In this document: positions 7,767-15,027 of the stretch, piece after piece
How the letters are laid out: every line of letters begins with the position of its first letter
How positions within the stretch are numbered: position 1 is the first letter of the stretch
From: an uncultured virus (IMG/VR IMGVR_UViG_3300032218_002295)
Lineage: Duplodnaviria; Heunggongvirae; Uroviricota; Caudoviricetes
Direction: 5' to 3' (one strand)
Virus record (IMG/VR): IMGVR_UViG_3300032218_002295
Length of the DNA: 27,765 nucleotides
The notes under the pieces: generated by a model
Database searches by the model: none
The model's input: only the letters and a program-made list of their open reading frames with translations
What the model was told of the DNA's origin: nothing
Program-made: the position numbers and the translations under genes

Positions 7767-7942
7767 TACTTGCCTCCTTTAGGCCAATAACAATCGAGGG
7801 AAGACTTGAAACAATAATGGTCTCCCATCCAATTGATGTGATCCATCAGGAACGTCCCAACGGAGAGCACAGCAATGATGAGGGAAGACCAGAAGATGTA
7901 TCTACACGCTGTTCTTACTTGGTAGTATCTCTTGGTTCTCAT
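7766..7942 (-). CDS. Small membrane protein, 58 aa (MRTKRYYQVRTACRYIFWSSLIIAVLSVGTFLMDHINWMGDHYCFKSSLDCYWPKGGK)
   Basis: Not in the track. GAAAGGA SD, basic N-terminus plus one hydrophobic helix, TAATG coupling to the next gene. Confidence 0.75.
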   Translation of the reverse strand: MRTKRYYQVRTACRYIFWSSLIIAVLSVGTFLMDHINWMGDHYCFKSSLDCYWPKGGK

Positions 7943-7972
7943 TGCATTCCTTTCACCTCACTACCAGATAGG

Positions 7973-8197
7973 TAGAGAGGGGCAGACACACTGAGCATAG
8001 AAGGAATGAGATTAAGAGTCTATGGCCGGCCTTTGTAACGAGTCCAACATCTTAGCTGAATTTATCTGTGTGTTATCTTCTCAGGCGAGCGACATCTATG
8101 GCGGGGTTCAGCACCACTCATGGTCTCCCGGATCATAGTAAAACGTCCTCACTCTTAGGCTACATCTTCTATCACTCAATGTGCCTGCCTCCCTCTA
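7973..8197 (-). ncRNA. Candidate structured RNA element B (~31-bp closing stem)
   Basis: Arms 7973-8003 and 8166-8197 are complementary. Four plus-strand A-C oppositions become G-U on minus. Nested TAAGAGT/ACTCTTA, CCGG/CCGG and GCTGAA/TTCAGC stems. Confidence 0.6.
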
Positions 8198-8262
8198 ACT
8201 TTCGCGGGAAAAATTTCGCGGGGGGATTTTTACTGTGGTAAAGCAATAGATACATAGAGAGA

Positions 8263-8359
8263 GATAGATAGTGGTATTCCCATACTCGCCACCCATTTAC
8301 AGGCATAAAGCCAATGGTGGTTGCTAGTAACTACAGGGAGTATCAGCCCACTATCTACC
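8263..8359 (-). other. Structured non-coding element C
   Basis: Minus strand GGTAGATAGTGG/CCACTATCTATC 12-bp closing stem with inner ATACTC/GAGTAT pairing. No ORF. Confidence 0.45.
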
Positions 8360-8410
8360 TTTCACCAGATACCTAGAAGCAAGACATCCAAATTAAACTT
8401 GAAAAAGTAT

Positions 8411-8448
8411 AAAAAAAAGGGGAGACCGTGATGATACACAGTCTCCCC
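8411..8448 (-). terminator. Intrinsic terminator after the six-Cys peptide gene
   Basis: Minus strand GGGGAGACTGTG-TATCAT-CACGGTCTCCCC followed by T8. Confidence 0.85.
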
Positions 8449-8461
8449 TCCTTCTATGAGA

Positions 8462-8566
8462 TTAGCAAGTAACCTCGGGTGAGCAATCCGACCACTCAAG
8501 TCGGCACTCGTCGATGTTATGCATTAGACATACATAACAGCCGTCTGTCTCACAGTCGTGGGACAT
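8462..8566 (-). CDS. Six-cysteine acidic peptide, 34 aa (MSHDCETDGCYVCLMHNIDECRLEWSDCSPEVTC)
   Basis: AAGGAGGTG SD 6 nt before ATG at 8566; intrinsic terminator 13 nt after the stop. Confidence 0.7.
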   Translation of the reverse strand: MSHDCETDGCYVCLMHNIDECRLEWSDCSPEVTC

Positions 8567-8620
8567 AGATACCACCTCCTTCCAATGGTGTTGCTATGGA
8601 GGTGTAAGGCTACAAGAGAT

Positions 8621-8634
8621 GTTTCACGTGAAAC
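8621..8634. promoter_or_regulatory. parS: parS-like palindrome GTTTCACGTGAAAC
   Basis: Exact match to the 14-bp Streptomyces/Mycobacterium parS core and 15/16 to TGTTTCACGTGAAACA. Intergenic. Confidence 0.65.
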
Positions 8635-8722
8635 TATCTGATAATAGCCAGAGATGCCCGTCCCAGACCTGGTGTTACAACCGGAGAGCGAGTGCCTGCC
8701 TTATGTAGTGGCTAAACAGCCA

Positions 8723-8756
8723 TAGCCAGACAGGAGGTTTCCCCCCTGCCTGACTA
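8723..8756 (-). other. 15-bp RNA hairpin with GAAA tetraloop
   Basis: Minus strand TAGTCAGGCAGGGGG-GAAA-CCTCCTGTCTGGCTA. Three G-U pairs and a GNRA loop define the strand. No U tract. Confidence 0.7.
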
Positions 8757-8777
8757 GAGCCTTTTAGACCCTGCCGA

Positions 8778-9353
8778 TTACCCTTGGAATGTTCCCTTGA
8801 GTAATGCGAAGATTGGCAGCAAGAGATTTTTAGCCTCTTGTGTCATCTCCTGACCCAGAACCGCCTCAACAGATGCTTTGAAGGCTGGTGCGGTAGAAGC
8901 AAGTGATGCTTGTGCTTCTGCCTTAGCAGCCTTATCCGCTTCCTTCTTGAGAGCGATAGCAGCAGCCTTGGATGCTAGAACATCCTTGGCTTCATCGACA
9001 GACATGGAAAGGCAAGACTTGATGTCTTCCCAATTGACTGAGGTGAATGCGGCAACAACTTCTGCCTCAATGCCCTTAGCAATAAGAGCACCGAGATAGA
9101 TTGGTCGTTGATACCCATTGGTAAGGAACTTCTTATCAACAGACTCAGCGTCTGTCTTATCTCCACGATTTGCCATAGCAGCAATGACCTTGCCACGAGT
9201 GTCCGATAGCAGGTCGTCAATAGACCCGCCGTCATAGAAGAACGAAGCAACAGCGCGACGAACTTCTGGGGCGGCGAGATTTGCGTTACCAGCAACGAAT
9301 ACACTCTGTGATACAGAGTCAAGGCTTACAGCCTCTTGTGTGATTGTAGACAT
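8778..9353 (-). CDS. Hypothetical Ala-rich helical protein, first gene of the leftward arm
   Basis: 191-aa ORF with protein-like composition and a weak AGGT SD. No recognisable motif. Confidence 0.8.
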   Translation of the reverse strand: MSTITQEAVSLDSVSQSVFVAGNANLAAPEVRRAVASFFYDGGSIDDLLSDTRGKVIAAMANRGDKTDAESVDKKFLTNGYQRPIYLGALIAKGIEAEVVAAFTSVNWEDIKSCLSMSVDEAKDVLASKAAAIALKKEADKAAKAEAQASLASTAPAFKASVEAVLGQEMTQEAKNLLLPIFALLKGTFQG

Positions 9354-9573
9354 GGCTACCTATCTGGGAATACATACGCTACCAATTTGATAGCGTAGAG
9401 GTATGCCCGTGTGTGGCTGGGAGTCGAACACGCAAAGGGTCGCGCCGTATGGTGAAGCCATACGCCAGAATGTTTATGTTGGAACATCGTTACCGAACCC
9501 ACACGAAGGCAGGACTGAACGGCAGGGCATAACACCCGCTAATGGATAATTTTATGAGATAAAAAAAATACAT

Positions 9574-9602
9574 AAAAAAAGCACAAGGCTCTCGCCTTGC
9601 GC
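9574..9602 (-). terminator. Intrinsic terminator-like hairpin in the divergent region
   Basis: Minus strand GCGCAAGGC-GAGA-GCCTTGTGC followed by T7; GNRA loop and one G-U pair. Confidence 0.7.
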
Positions 9603-9784
9603 TAGCGGGCTACATCATCAACCGCCGTTCATTATGTATGGTATTGACCACCGATAATGACCCCCATGGGTTAAACGAACGCTGTGAACCATATCTCCAG
9701 GTGAGACAGGCAACCATGACCTATGGTGTGATGGCAGTGGCCTAAAAAATTTCAAGGTCGGGGGAATATTAAGCAGTGGCTTGG

Positions 9785-9793
9785 TGTTATTAT
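9785..9793 (+). promoter_or_regulatory. Extended -10 promoter for hsp20
   Basis: TG-T-TATTAT, followed by a 5' hairpin (TGTCCT...GGGACA) at the expected +1. Confidence 0.5.
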
Positions 9794-9846
9794 TAGCTGT
9801 CCTGCCAATCGGGGGACAAATCAACCTATATCGTCTAAGGAGATAT

Positions 9847-10281
9847 ATGCACATCACTTATGCTCAGAATCAATCTCAAACCTTCAATTCACTATACCCA
9901 GGCTTCACTAAATGGGCAATTGGGTTTGATCCTCTAATTAATACTTTCAATCAGATCTCACAGTCTAAAGATAACTATCCTCCATATAACGTTCGCAAAG
10001 AGGGGGAGCAACACATCCTAGAACTAGCTGTAGCTGGATTTACTAAGGATGAACTAGACATTGAGGTCAAAGAACTTCTACTAACAGTGACGGGCACCAA
10101 AGCCAAGAATGAGGCGGAGTATGTTTATCAGGGCATCTCAGCAAAGAGCTTCTCTCGGGAGTTCGCTTTGGCGGAGTATGTCATCGTCAAGGGAGCCAAG
10201 TTCCAGGATGGTCTACTTACTATCACCCTGGAGCAGGAGCTTCCTGAAGAGAAAAAGGCTAAAACCATCAGTATCGAGTAA
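9847..10281 (+). CDS. Small heat-shock protein (Hsp20/IbpA-like)
   Basis: IGFD, NYPPYNV, ILELAVAGF, YVYQGI...FSREFAL, A.FQDGLLTI and C-terminal IxI (ISI). AAGGAG SD before ATG at 9847 (track start 9781 is too long). Confidence 0.95.
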   Translation: MHITYAQNQSQTFNSLYPGFTKWAIGFDPLINTFNQISQSKDNYPPYNVRKEGEQHILELAVAGFTKDELDIEVKELLLTVTGTKAKNEAEYVYQGISAKSFSREFALAEYVIVKGAKFQDGLLTITLEQELPEEKKAKTISIE

Positions 10282-10295
10282 TCTGTACTGACACG

Positions 10296-10330
10296 AAGGC
10301 CTCCCTACCACTGGTACGGGAGGTCTTTGT
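10296..10330 (+). terminator. Hairpin/terminator after hsp20
   Basis: AAGGCCCTCCC...GGGAGGTCTT followed by TGT; imperfect stem. Confidence 0.45.
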
Positions 10331-10372
10331 CTATGGTATGCTTTACGGGCATCGAAACGAGAGGGTTTTAAA

Positions 10373-10939
10373 TTGACTACACTTGCTGCTATACAAGGTA
10401 AAGGCTGGTCAGTAATAGGTTGCGATAGCCGTGCATCCGATGAAGACGGACGTTTTATGGAGTTAGCTACTCCAAAGGTCATTGATAATGCTGGAGTACT
10501 CATTGCAGTCTCTGGAGCATCTCGCGGTGGAAACATTACACAGTTCGGATGGAAACCCCCTAAGCCACGTGCAGGCGAAGATCTAGATATCTTTATGACT
10601 AAGAAGTTTATCCCTAGCATGCGTAAGGCTTTCCAGGATGCAGGTTATGATGCTAAGGATGATGGAGATGCTGCTTGGCAGGATTCTAACCTCATTATCT
10701 CTGTAAGAGGAACCCTCTACCCGATCTTTAATGATTACTCTTGGGATAGAGAAGCCCGCAACGTTTATTACGCCGGATCTGGTGGCGACCTTGCAATGGG
10801 TGCATTAGAGATATTAGATTACACAAAAGCAAAAACACCACAGGCCGCCGAAAAACTGCTCCGCAAAGCTATTGAAGCTGCGTGCAAGCATGACATATAT
10901 TCGGGTGGAGAGATTCACACATACATCCAAGAAGCGTAA
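10373..10939 (+). CDS. HslV/proteasome-beta-like Ntn threonine protease
   Basis: M-TTLAAI N-terminal Thr nucleophile, GCDSR (Asp17), Lys near position 33 (TPKV), YYAGSGG, and C-terminal HDIYSGGEI. Confidence 0.88.
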   Translation: MTTLAAIQGKGWSVIGCDSRASDEDGRFMELATPKVIDNAGVLIAVSGASRGGNITQFGWKPPKPRAGEDLDIFMTKKFIPSMRKAFQDAGYDAKDDGDAAWQDSNLIISVRGTLYPIFNDYSWDREARNVYYAGSGGDLAMGALEILDYTKAKTPQAAEKLLRKAIEAACKHDIYSGGEIHTYIQEA

Positions 10940-10956
10940 TCACAAAAATTGCCCGC

Positions 10957-10992
10957 GTTCAAGGCTTGTGATTTAATAATTTCTGAGACTAT
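10957..10992 (+). promoter_or_regulatory. Candidate late promoter P1 (probably leaderless transcript)
   Basis: GTTCA-N25-GACTAT (alternative -10 GAGACT), with ATG at 10998 at the expected +1 and no SD. Confidence 0.45.
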
Positions 10993-10997
10993 TAACT

Positions 10998-11243
10998 ATG
11001 GCACTTGATAAAGATCAATTAAAACACCCCCGAAAAAGACGTGCCATTTATGTGGGTGGGGTTATGATCCCCGTTTATTCTTTTTGGTTTGGCGGAGGGG
11101 GCGCTATAACTACTGCCACTGAAGGACCTAATCACGAAGCTCAAGAAACTCCCGAACAAGAAGCTGGAGAACAAGCTAGTGCCCCAACTACAGGATCAGC
11201 TGCCGCAGGTGGAGACGCCTCAGCAGCAGCAACCTCGGTGTGA
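10998..11243 (+). CDS. Hypothetical protein, probably leaderless
   Basis: 81 aa; basic N-terminus, hydrophobic core, acidic/Ala-rich tail. Confidence 0.65.
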   Translation: MALDKDQLKHPRKRRAIYVGGVMIPVYSFWFGGGGAITTATEGPNHEAQETPEQEAGEQASAPTTGSAAAGGDASAAATSV

Positions 11244-11376
11244 TCGCTGCTCTGCCAGAGCATTGATCCAATGTCAGCTCCCGTTTGGCGAGCTTTACTT
11301 CTGCAATCACCACTACAATGAGCACTCTATTGCCCTTACAAATAAGGGTGGAATTGCTAAACTTCTCAATAATTAG
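11179..11376 (+). CDS. Small zinc-binding protein (CDRC...FCNHH)
   Basis: RCDRCSARA...GELYFCNHH motif resembles small actinobacterial zinc-ribbon proteins. GGAG SD before GTG. Confidence 0.75.
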   Translation: MPQLQDQLPQVETPQQQQPRCDRCSARALIQCQLPFGELYFCNHHYNEHSIALTNKGGIAKLLNN

Positions 11377-11398
11377 TGTGACGAGTTAGGACTTAAGA

Positions 11399-12241
11399 GT
11401 GCCAATAGGTAAGGGTGGGTTTGAACCCGTTCAGGCTGGTAATAACAGCGGAGGCTTTTTCAAAAAAGTCAATAATATTGCTTCCGGCATTTTTAAAGCC
11501 AACCAGCAAAAGCAATGGTTCGATTACACACAGGACCGCAAAGATGAGGGTGTACTCCATCGCTATGCAGCTGAGGGTGCAGCAAAAAAATTAGATCGTC
11601 AATCAGAATTTGATTTAGCACATAAGTGGGTTATGACTCACGGATCTGACTATGTAGAGGATCCTATGAGTAAAAAGAAGACCCGAGTTACTCGTAAAGG
11701 CGTTACCGCCGGTCGTTATAACACTGGACAGGCAGATTCTAGTGGTGAGACTTATGGTGATAAGTTAATTAAGAATACAGAACTTAAACAAAAAATTGCA
11801 AATACAACTCTTGAAGCACGCAGATTAGCTGCTGAAAACAAGAAAAAGAATACAACTAAGAAAAAAAATAACGGCAAGCCACCAAAAAATAATAACGATA
11901 ATGATACTCCCCCACCTCCTCCAAGTGGCGGTGGCGGTGGTGCAGCAGTTCAATCAAAGCCTAAAGGTGGAGCTAAAACTAAGGCTAAAGCACCTGAAAC
12001 ATTTGCTGCTCTTCCTGCTAAAGCATCTAAAGGCAAAATAGGGCCAAGCGTAACTGAAGCACAGCCTTCTTCTCCCGGTTTTGGTGGGGGACCTACTTTT
12101 GATGGCGCTGGAAATAATACACAAAGCGCTGCAGGTAAAGCGTACGCAAAAAAGAAAACGCAATCTTCAAGTAAAGTATCTATGCCTAAAGCTACAGCAG
12201 CACAACCTAGAGTTAAGAAAGCTACCGGAGGATCCATCTAA
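11399..12241 (+). CDS. Lys/Pro/Gly-rich hypothetical protein
   Basis: 280 aa, AGGA SD, TAATG coupling to the next gene, disordered basic C-terminal half. Confidence 0.8.
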   Translation: MPIGKGGFEPVQAGNNSGGFFKKVNNIASGIFKANQQKQWFDYTQDRKDEGVLHRYAAEGAAKKLDRQSEFDLAHKWVMTHGSDYVEDPMSKKKTRVTRKGVTAGRYNTGQADSSGETYGDKLIKNTELKQKIANTTLEARRLAAENKKKNTTKKKNNGKPPKNNNDNDTPPPPPSGGGGGAAVQSKPKGGAKTKAKAPETFAALPAKASKGKIGPSVTEAQPSSPGFGGGPTFDGAGNNTQSAAGKAYAKKKTQSSSKVSMPKATAAQPRVKKATGGSI

Positions 12242-13995
12242 TGGCAAGTTCAGGCAATCGCGTAATTAAGCAGAAGACAGAGAAGGCGAAGAAGTATCAA
12301 CGCGAATCTCGTAAAGCACGTGAAATTGGTCTTTCTACTCCAGAAGAGTATCGTAAGAGTGCCGTAAATATTACAGAGCGCCCTAAGAAAGCTGAACGTG
12401 AAGCACAGGCTGAAGCGGATGCTGCAAGTCGTGATGCCGCAGCTAAATCTATACCGGGCGATAAGGGTGCTTTAAAACCATTAAAGTTAGAAGCTAAAGA
12501 CTACGAACTTAAGAGTAATGCTGGTCACCAAGATGTAAAACCAGTTGTAGAAAAGAAAGCTAAGCGTGCTCTTGCAGAACGCTCCTTAGGTCAGGGATTA
12601 TCTAGAGTAGGTCGTTCTGGAGATATCCGCCCACTTGTTGGTGCAGAGGCTGAAAAAGCAGCAAATGTTCTTGCAGCTAATGATAAAGAACTAACTAAAG
12701 GGTTTACTAAGCGCGCTCAAGCTAGAGAAGATAAAGAGACTAAAGCTCGCGCTGACGTACCTAAGTCAGTAAAAGAAGCTCGTGGAGCTCGCCGTATAAA
12801 GAAAGCCAAGGTAGAGAAGTATATTAATGCTTCTAAGCCTGTTGCTCAGCTCCCAGAAGCTGAGGCAAAAGGCGCACCCCGTGCTAATACCGGTAAAAAA
12901 GTTAAGGGTAAGTGGGTACGCACTGATGGTCCATCTCAGCAACCTGGTGAGGGTAAAGCCGGCATTCTTAATATGGGAGATATTGCAACTCCTGCAGGAG
13001 AACTTTCTCCAGGACGTCGCCGCAAGATTGAGCGTAAAGCTGCATACAACGCTAGAAAATCTCAAGAGTCATCTATTGTTCTTGGAGATATTAGAACTAA
13101 GAAAAGTCGACGCATTACTACAAAAGATAAAATTACTCCTGGTTATAAGGGTGCTGGACTACTAGGTACACGTACATCTTCTGCAATTAATGCTAAAAAT
13201 GAGACAGAATCTCAAAAGACAGATTTACGTGCACGTAAAAAAGCAGCAAGTATTGACTCTAGAAGAGATGCATTAAAGAAGAGCCTATTAAAAAAAGCTG
13301 AAAAAGTTGAAGGCCCAGAAAAAGCAAAGATTGAAGCTACAGCTCACAGCATTATTCGTGAGCCAGAAAAAGCAGATGGAAGTCGTCCAGGACCAACTAA
13401 AAAGATTACAATTGATGATGAACGTGACCTTACAAAGCGTTATACACGCGAAGTTCCAGTAGGAGCACCACGTAAAGTAGAGCGCACATCTGCTATGAAG
13501 GGTCGCATTCAGATGAATAGAACTGGTGAGATTACTCATCAGCCAGATCGCCCTACAGAAACTCCGACTGGAGTTATGGGGTCTCATGAGGATCGTTTAC
13601 ATGCATTGACTAAGTGGATGCGAGTACCTGTAGAAGGCAAACCAGGGGGTGCTGATTTAGAGCCTGTGCATCTTCGTAGTTATATGAAGCATCTTGCTCA
13701 AAAGAAAAATGTTCGTTACAATGAGCAAGGCATGACTGCAGCATTGTTTGAATCTAGGGATACGCACCCAGAAAGGTTCAATAAGCTTCACCAGGAAGCT
13801 TTAGAACATCGTACTAAGCGTATTGGTCAGGTTAATGAGCAGCGTGAGCGTGCAGCAGCTAAGGCTAAGGAAAAGCGTATGATGGAAAAGGAAGGCCGTG
13901 GCGGAAAGCGCGCTACAGCTAAACCTCTGAACATTATCTCTAATGTTACCGGCAAGAGCTTTACTGAGCTAAAAAATGGCAAACCGAAAGCGTAA
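12241..13995 (+). CDS. Large Lys/Arg-rich hypothetical protein
   Basis: 584-aa ORF, highly basic, no recognisable catalytic motif. Confidence 0.85.
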   Translation: MASSGNRVIKQKTEKAKKYQRESRKAREIGLSTPEEYRKSAVNITERPKKAEREAQAEADAASRDAAAKSIPGDKGALKPLKLEAKDYELKSNAGHQDVKPVVEKKAKRALAERSLGQGLSRVGRSGDIRPLVGAEAEKAANVLAANDKELTKGFTKRAQAREDKETKARADVPKSVKEARGARRIKKAKVEKYINASKPVAQLPEAEAKGAPRANTGKKVKGKWVRTDGPSQQPGEGKAGILNMGDIATPAGELSPGRRRKIERKAAYNARKSQESSIVLGDIRTKKSRRITTKDKITPGYKGAGLLGTRTSSAINAKNETESQKTDLRARKKAASIDSRRDALKKSLLKKAEKVEGPEKAKIEATAHSIIREPEKADGSRPGPTKKITIDDERDLTKRYTREVPVGAPRKVERTSAMKGRIQMNRTGEITHQPDRPTETPTGVMGSHEDRLHALTKWMRVPVEGKPGGADLEPVHLRSYMKHLAQKKNVRYNEQGMTAALFESRDTHPERFNKLHQEALEHRTKRIGQVNEQRERAAAKAKEKRMMEKEGRGGKRATAKPLNIISNVTGKSFTELKNGKPKA

Positions 13996-14266
13996 GCAGC
14001 GCCCACCAGTTAGTGATCTTGCAAAAAAGACGACTAATTTAGGCGATGTCAAATGGCATGCAGATGAGCAAAAGCATAGTTGGACTTGCGATAATTGCAA
14101 TGAAACTATAAAAGCTGACCCAGCCATGCATAATCGTCGTTTAAACTTAAGCCAATTTGCTAAAGAAAACCATACAAAGGTTATTTGGGGCAAAGCTATG
14201 GATCATGTCCGTAGAAATTGTGGGCCAGAGCCTAGACCAGCATATCGGAAGGACATCGATGGCTAA
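13976..14266 (+). CDS. Hypothetical protein with CxxC...HxxxxC zinc motif
   Basis: WTCDNC and DHVRRNC; overlaps both neighbours in operon fashion. Confidence 0.7.
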   Translation: MANRKRKQRPPVSDLAKKTTNLGDVKWHADEQKHSWTCDNCNETIKADPAMHNRRLNLSQFAKENHTKVIWGKAMDHVRRNCGPEPRPAYRKDIDG

Positions 14267-14465
14267 AGCTATTAAAGTATCCGGTAAGAAGCATGTTATC
14301 AAGAAAAACAAAAAGGGCGAGGTAATTGTTGACCATGCTGGTAAAAATGACCCTAAATGGGATAAAATTAATTTAACTAAAAAAGCTGGGGCTAAAACCA
14401 TAACTCAGGGAGTTGCAGCTACAAAACAATGGCATAAAACCCACCCACACAAGAAGGGCAAGTAA
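14259..14465 (+). CDS. Small basic hypothetical protein (MAKAIKVSGKKHVIKKNKKG...)
   Basis: AAGGA SD before ATG at 14259 (track start 14157 is too long); TAATG coupling. Confidence 0.75.
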   Translation: MAKAIKVSGKKHVIKKNKKGEVIVDHAGKNDPKWDKINLTKKAGAKTITQGVAATKQWHKTHPHKKGK

Positions 14466-14743
14466 TGGCTACAGCTACTAAGAAAAAGTCTCCTGCTTGG
14501 ACCCGTAAAGAGGGTCAAAACCCAAATGGTGGGTTAAATGCTAAAGGTCGTGCCTCTGCTAAAAAAGAGGGACATAACCTTAAACCCCCTGTAAAAAAGG
14601 AAGAAGCAGCTAAATCAAAGAAGTCTGCTGCTCGTCGTAAGTCTTATTGCGCCCGTTCTGCTGGACAGGCAAAACAATTTCCAAAAGCAGCTAAAGATCC
14701 TAATAGCCGTTTAAATAAAGCAAGAAGGGCGTGGGACTGCTAA
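14465..14743 (+). CDS. Conserved small basic phage protein (DUF6321-like)
   Basis: SPAWTRKEGQNPNGGLNAKGRAS...RRKSYCAR...KDPNSRLNKARRAWDC resembles a widespread phage family. DUF label is from memory and unverified. Confidence 0.75.
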   Translation: MATATKKKSPAWTRKEGQNPNGGLNAKGRASAKKEGHNLKPPVKKEEAAKSKKSAARRKSYCARSAGQAKQFPKAAKDPNSRLNKARRAWDC

Positions 14744-15027
14744 TGACTATTGATAGAGCAAATAATCCAAAACGTAGGGCTAAAATTCCAGGCGTTAGAG
14801 ATATTTTTTCAGCAAGAGTTATTAATGCCATCAGTAATGAAGAGGGGCACGAGTTAAATAAAAAATGGGTAGATGAGCGTACATATATGAATAGCCCTCA
14901 AAAATCTTCCATGAAGTATTCGGAGTCTAAGTATGGCGATAAAAATCCTAGGTCACGTAATAACCCCGCTTTTAAGGGCAGTAGAAATGACCCAGATTCT
15001 CCAAACTACGCTAATAGGGGCAAATAA
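14743..15027 (+). CDS. Basic hypothetical protein
   Basis: TAATG coupling at both ends (start 14743 rather than 14731). Confidence 0.75.
   Translation: MTIDRANNPKRRAKIPGVRDIFSARVINAISNEEGHELNKKWVDERTYMNSPQKSSMKYSESKYGDKNPRSRNNPAFKGSRNDPDSPNYANRGK

Noticed and set aside
8200..8231. Tandem TTTCGCGGG repeat as operator or iteron
   Set aside because: Only two short copies, with no further matches to support a function.
6916..9366. Recurrent CAGATAG-like heptamer in the non-coding island
   Set aside because: Short, in mixed orientation, and partly explained by hairpin arms. Enrichment cannot be established by eye.
9542..9550. DnaA-box-like TTATCCATT on the minus strand
   Set aside because: A single 7/9 match is not distinguishable from background.
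9618..9857. 79-aa minus-strand ORF across the divergent region
   Set aside because: Antisense to the hsp20 promoter and start, with no SD.
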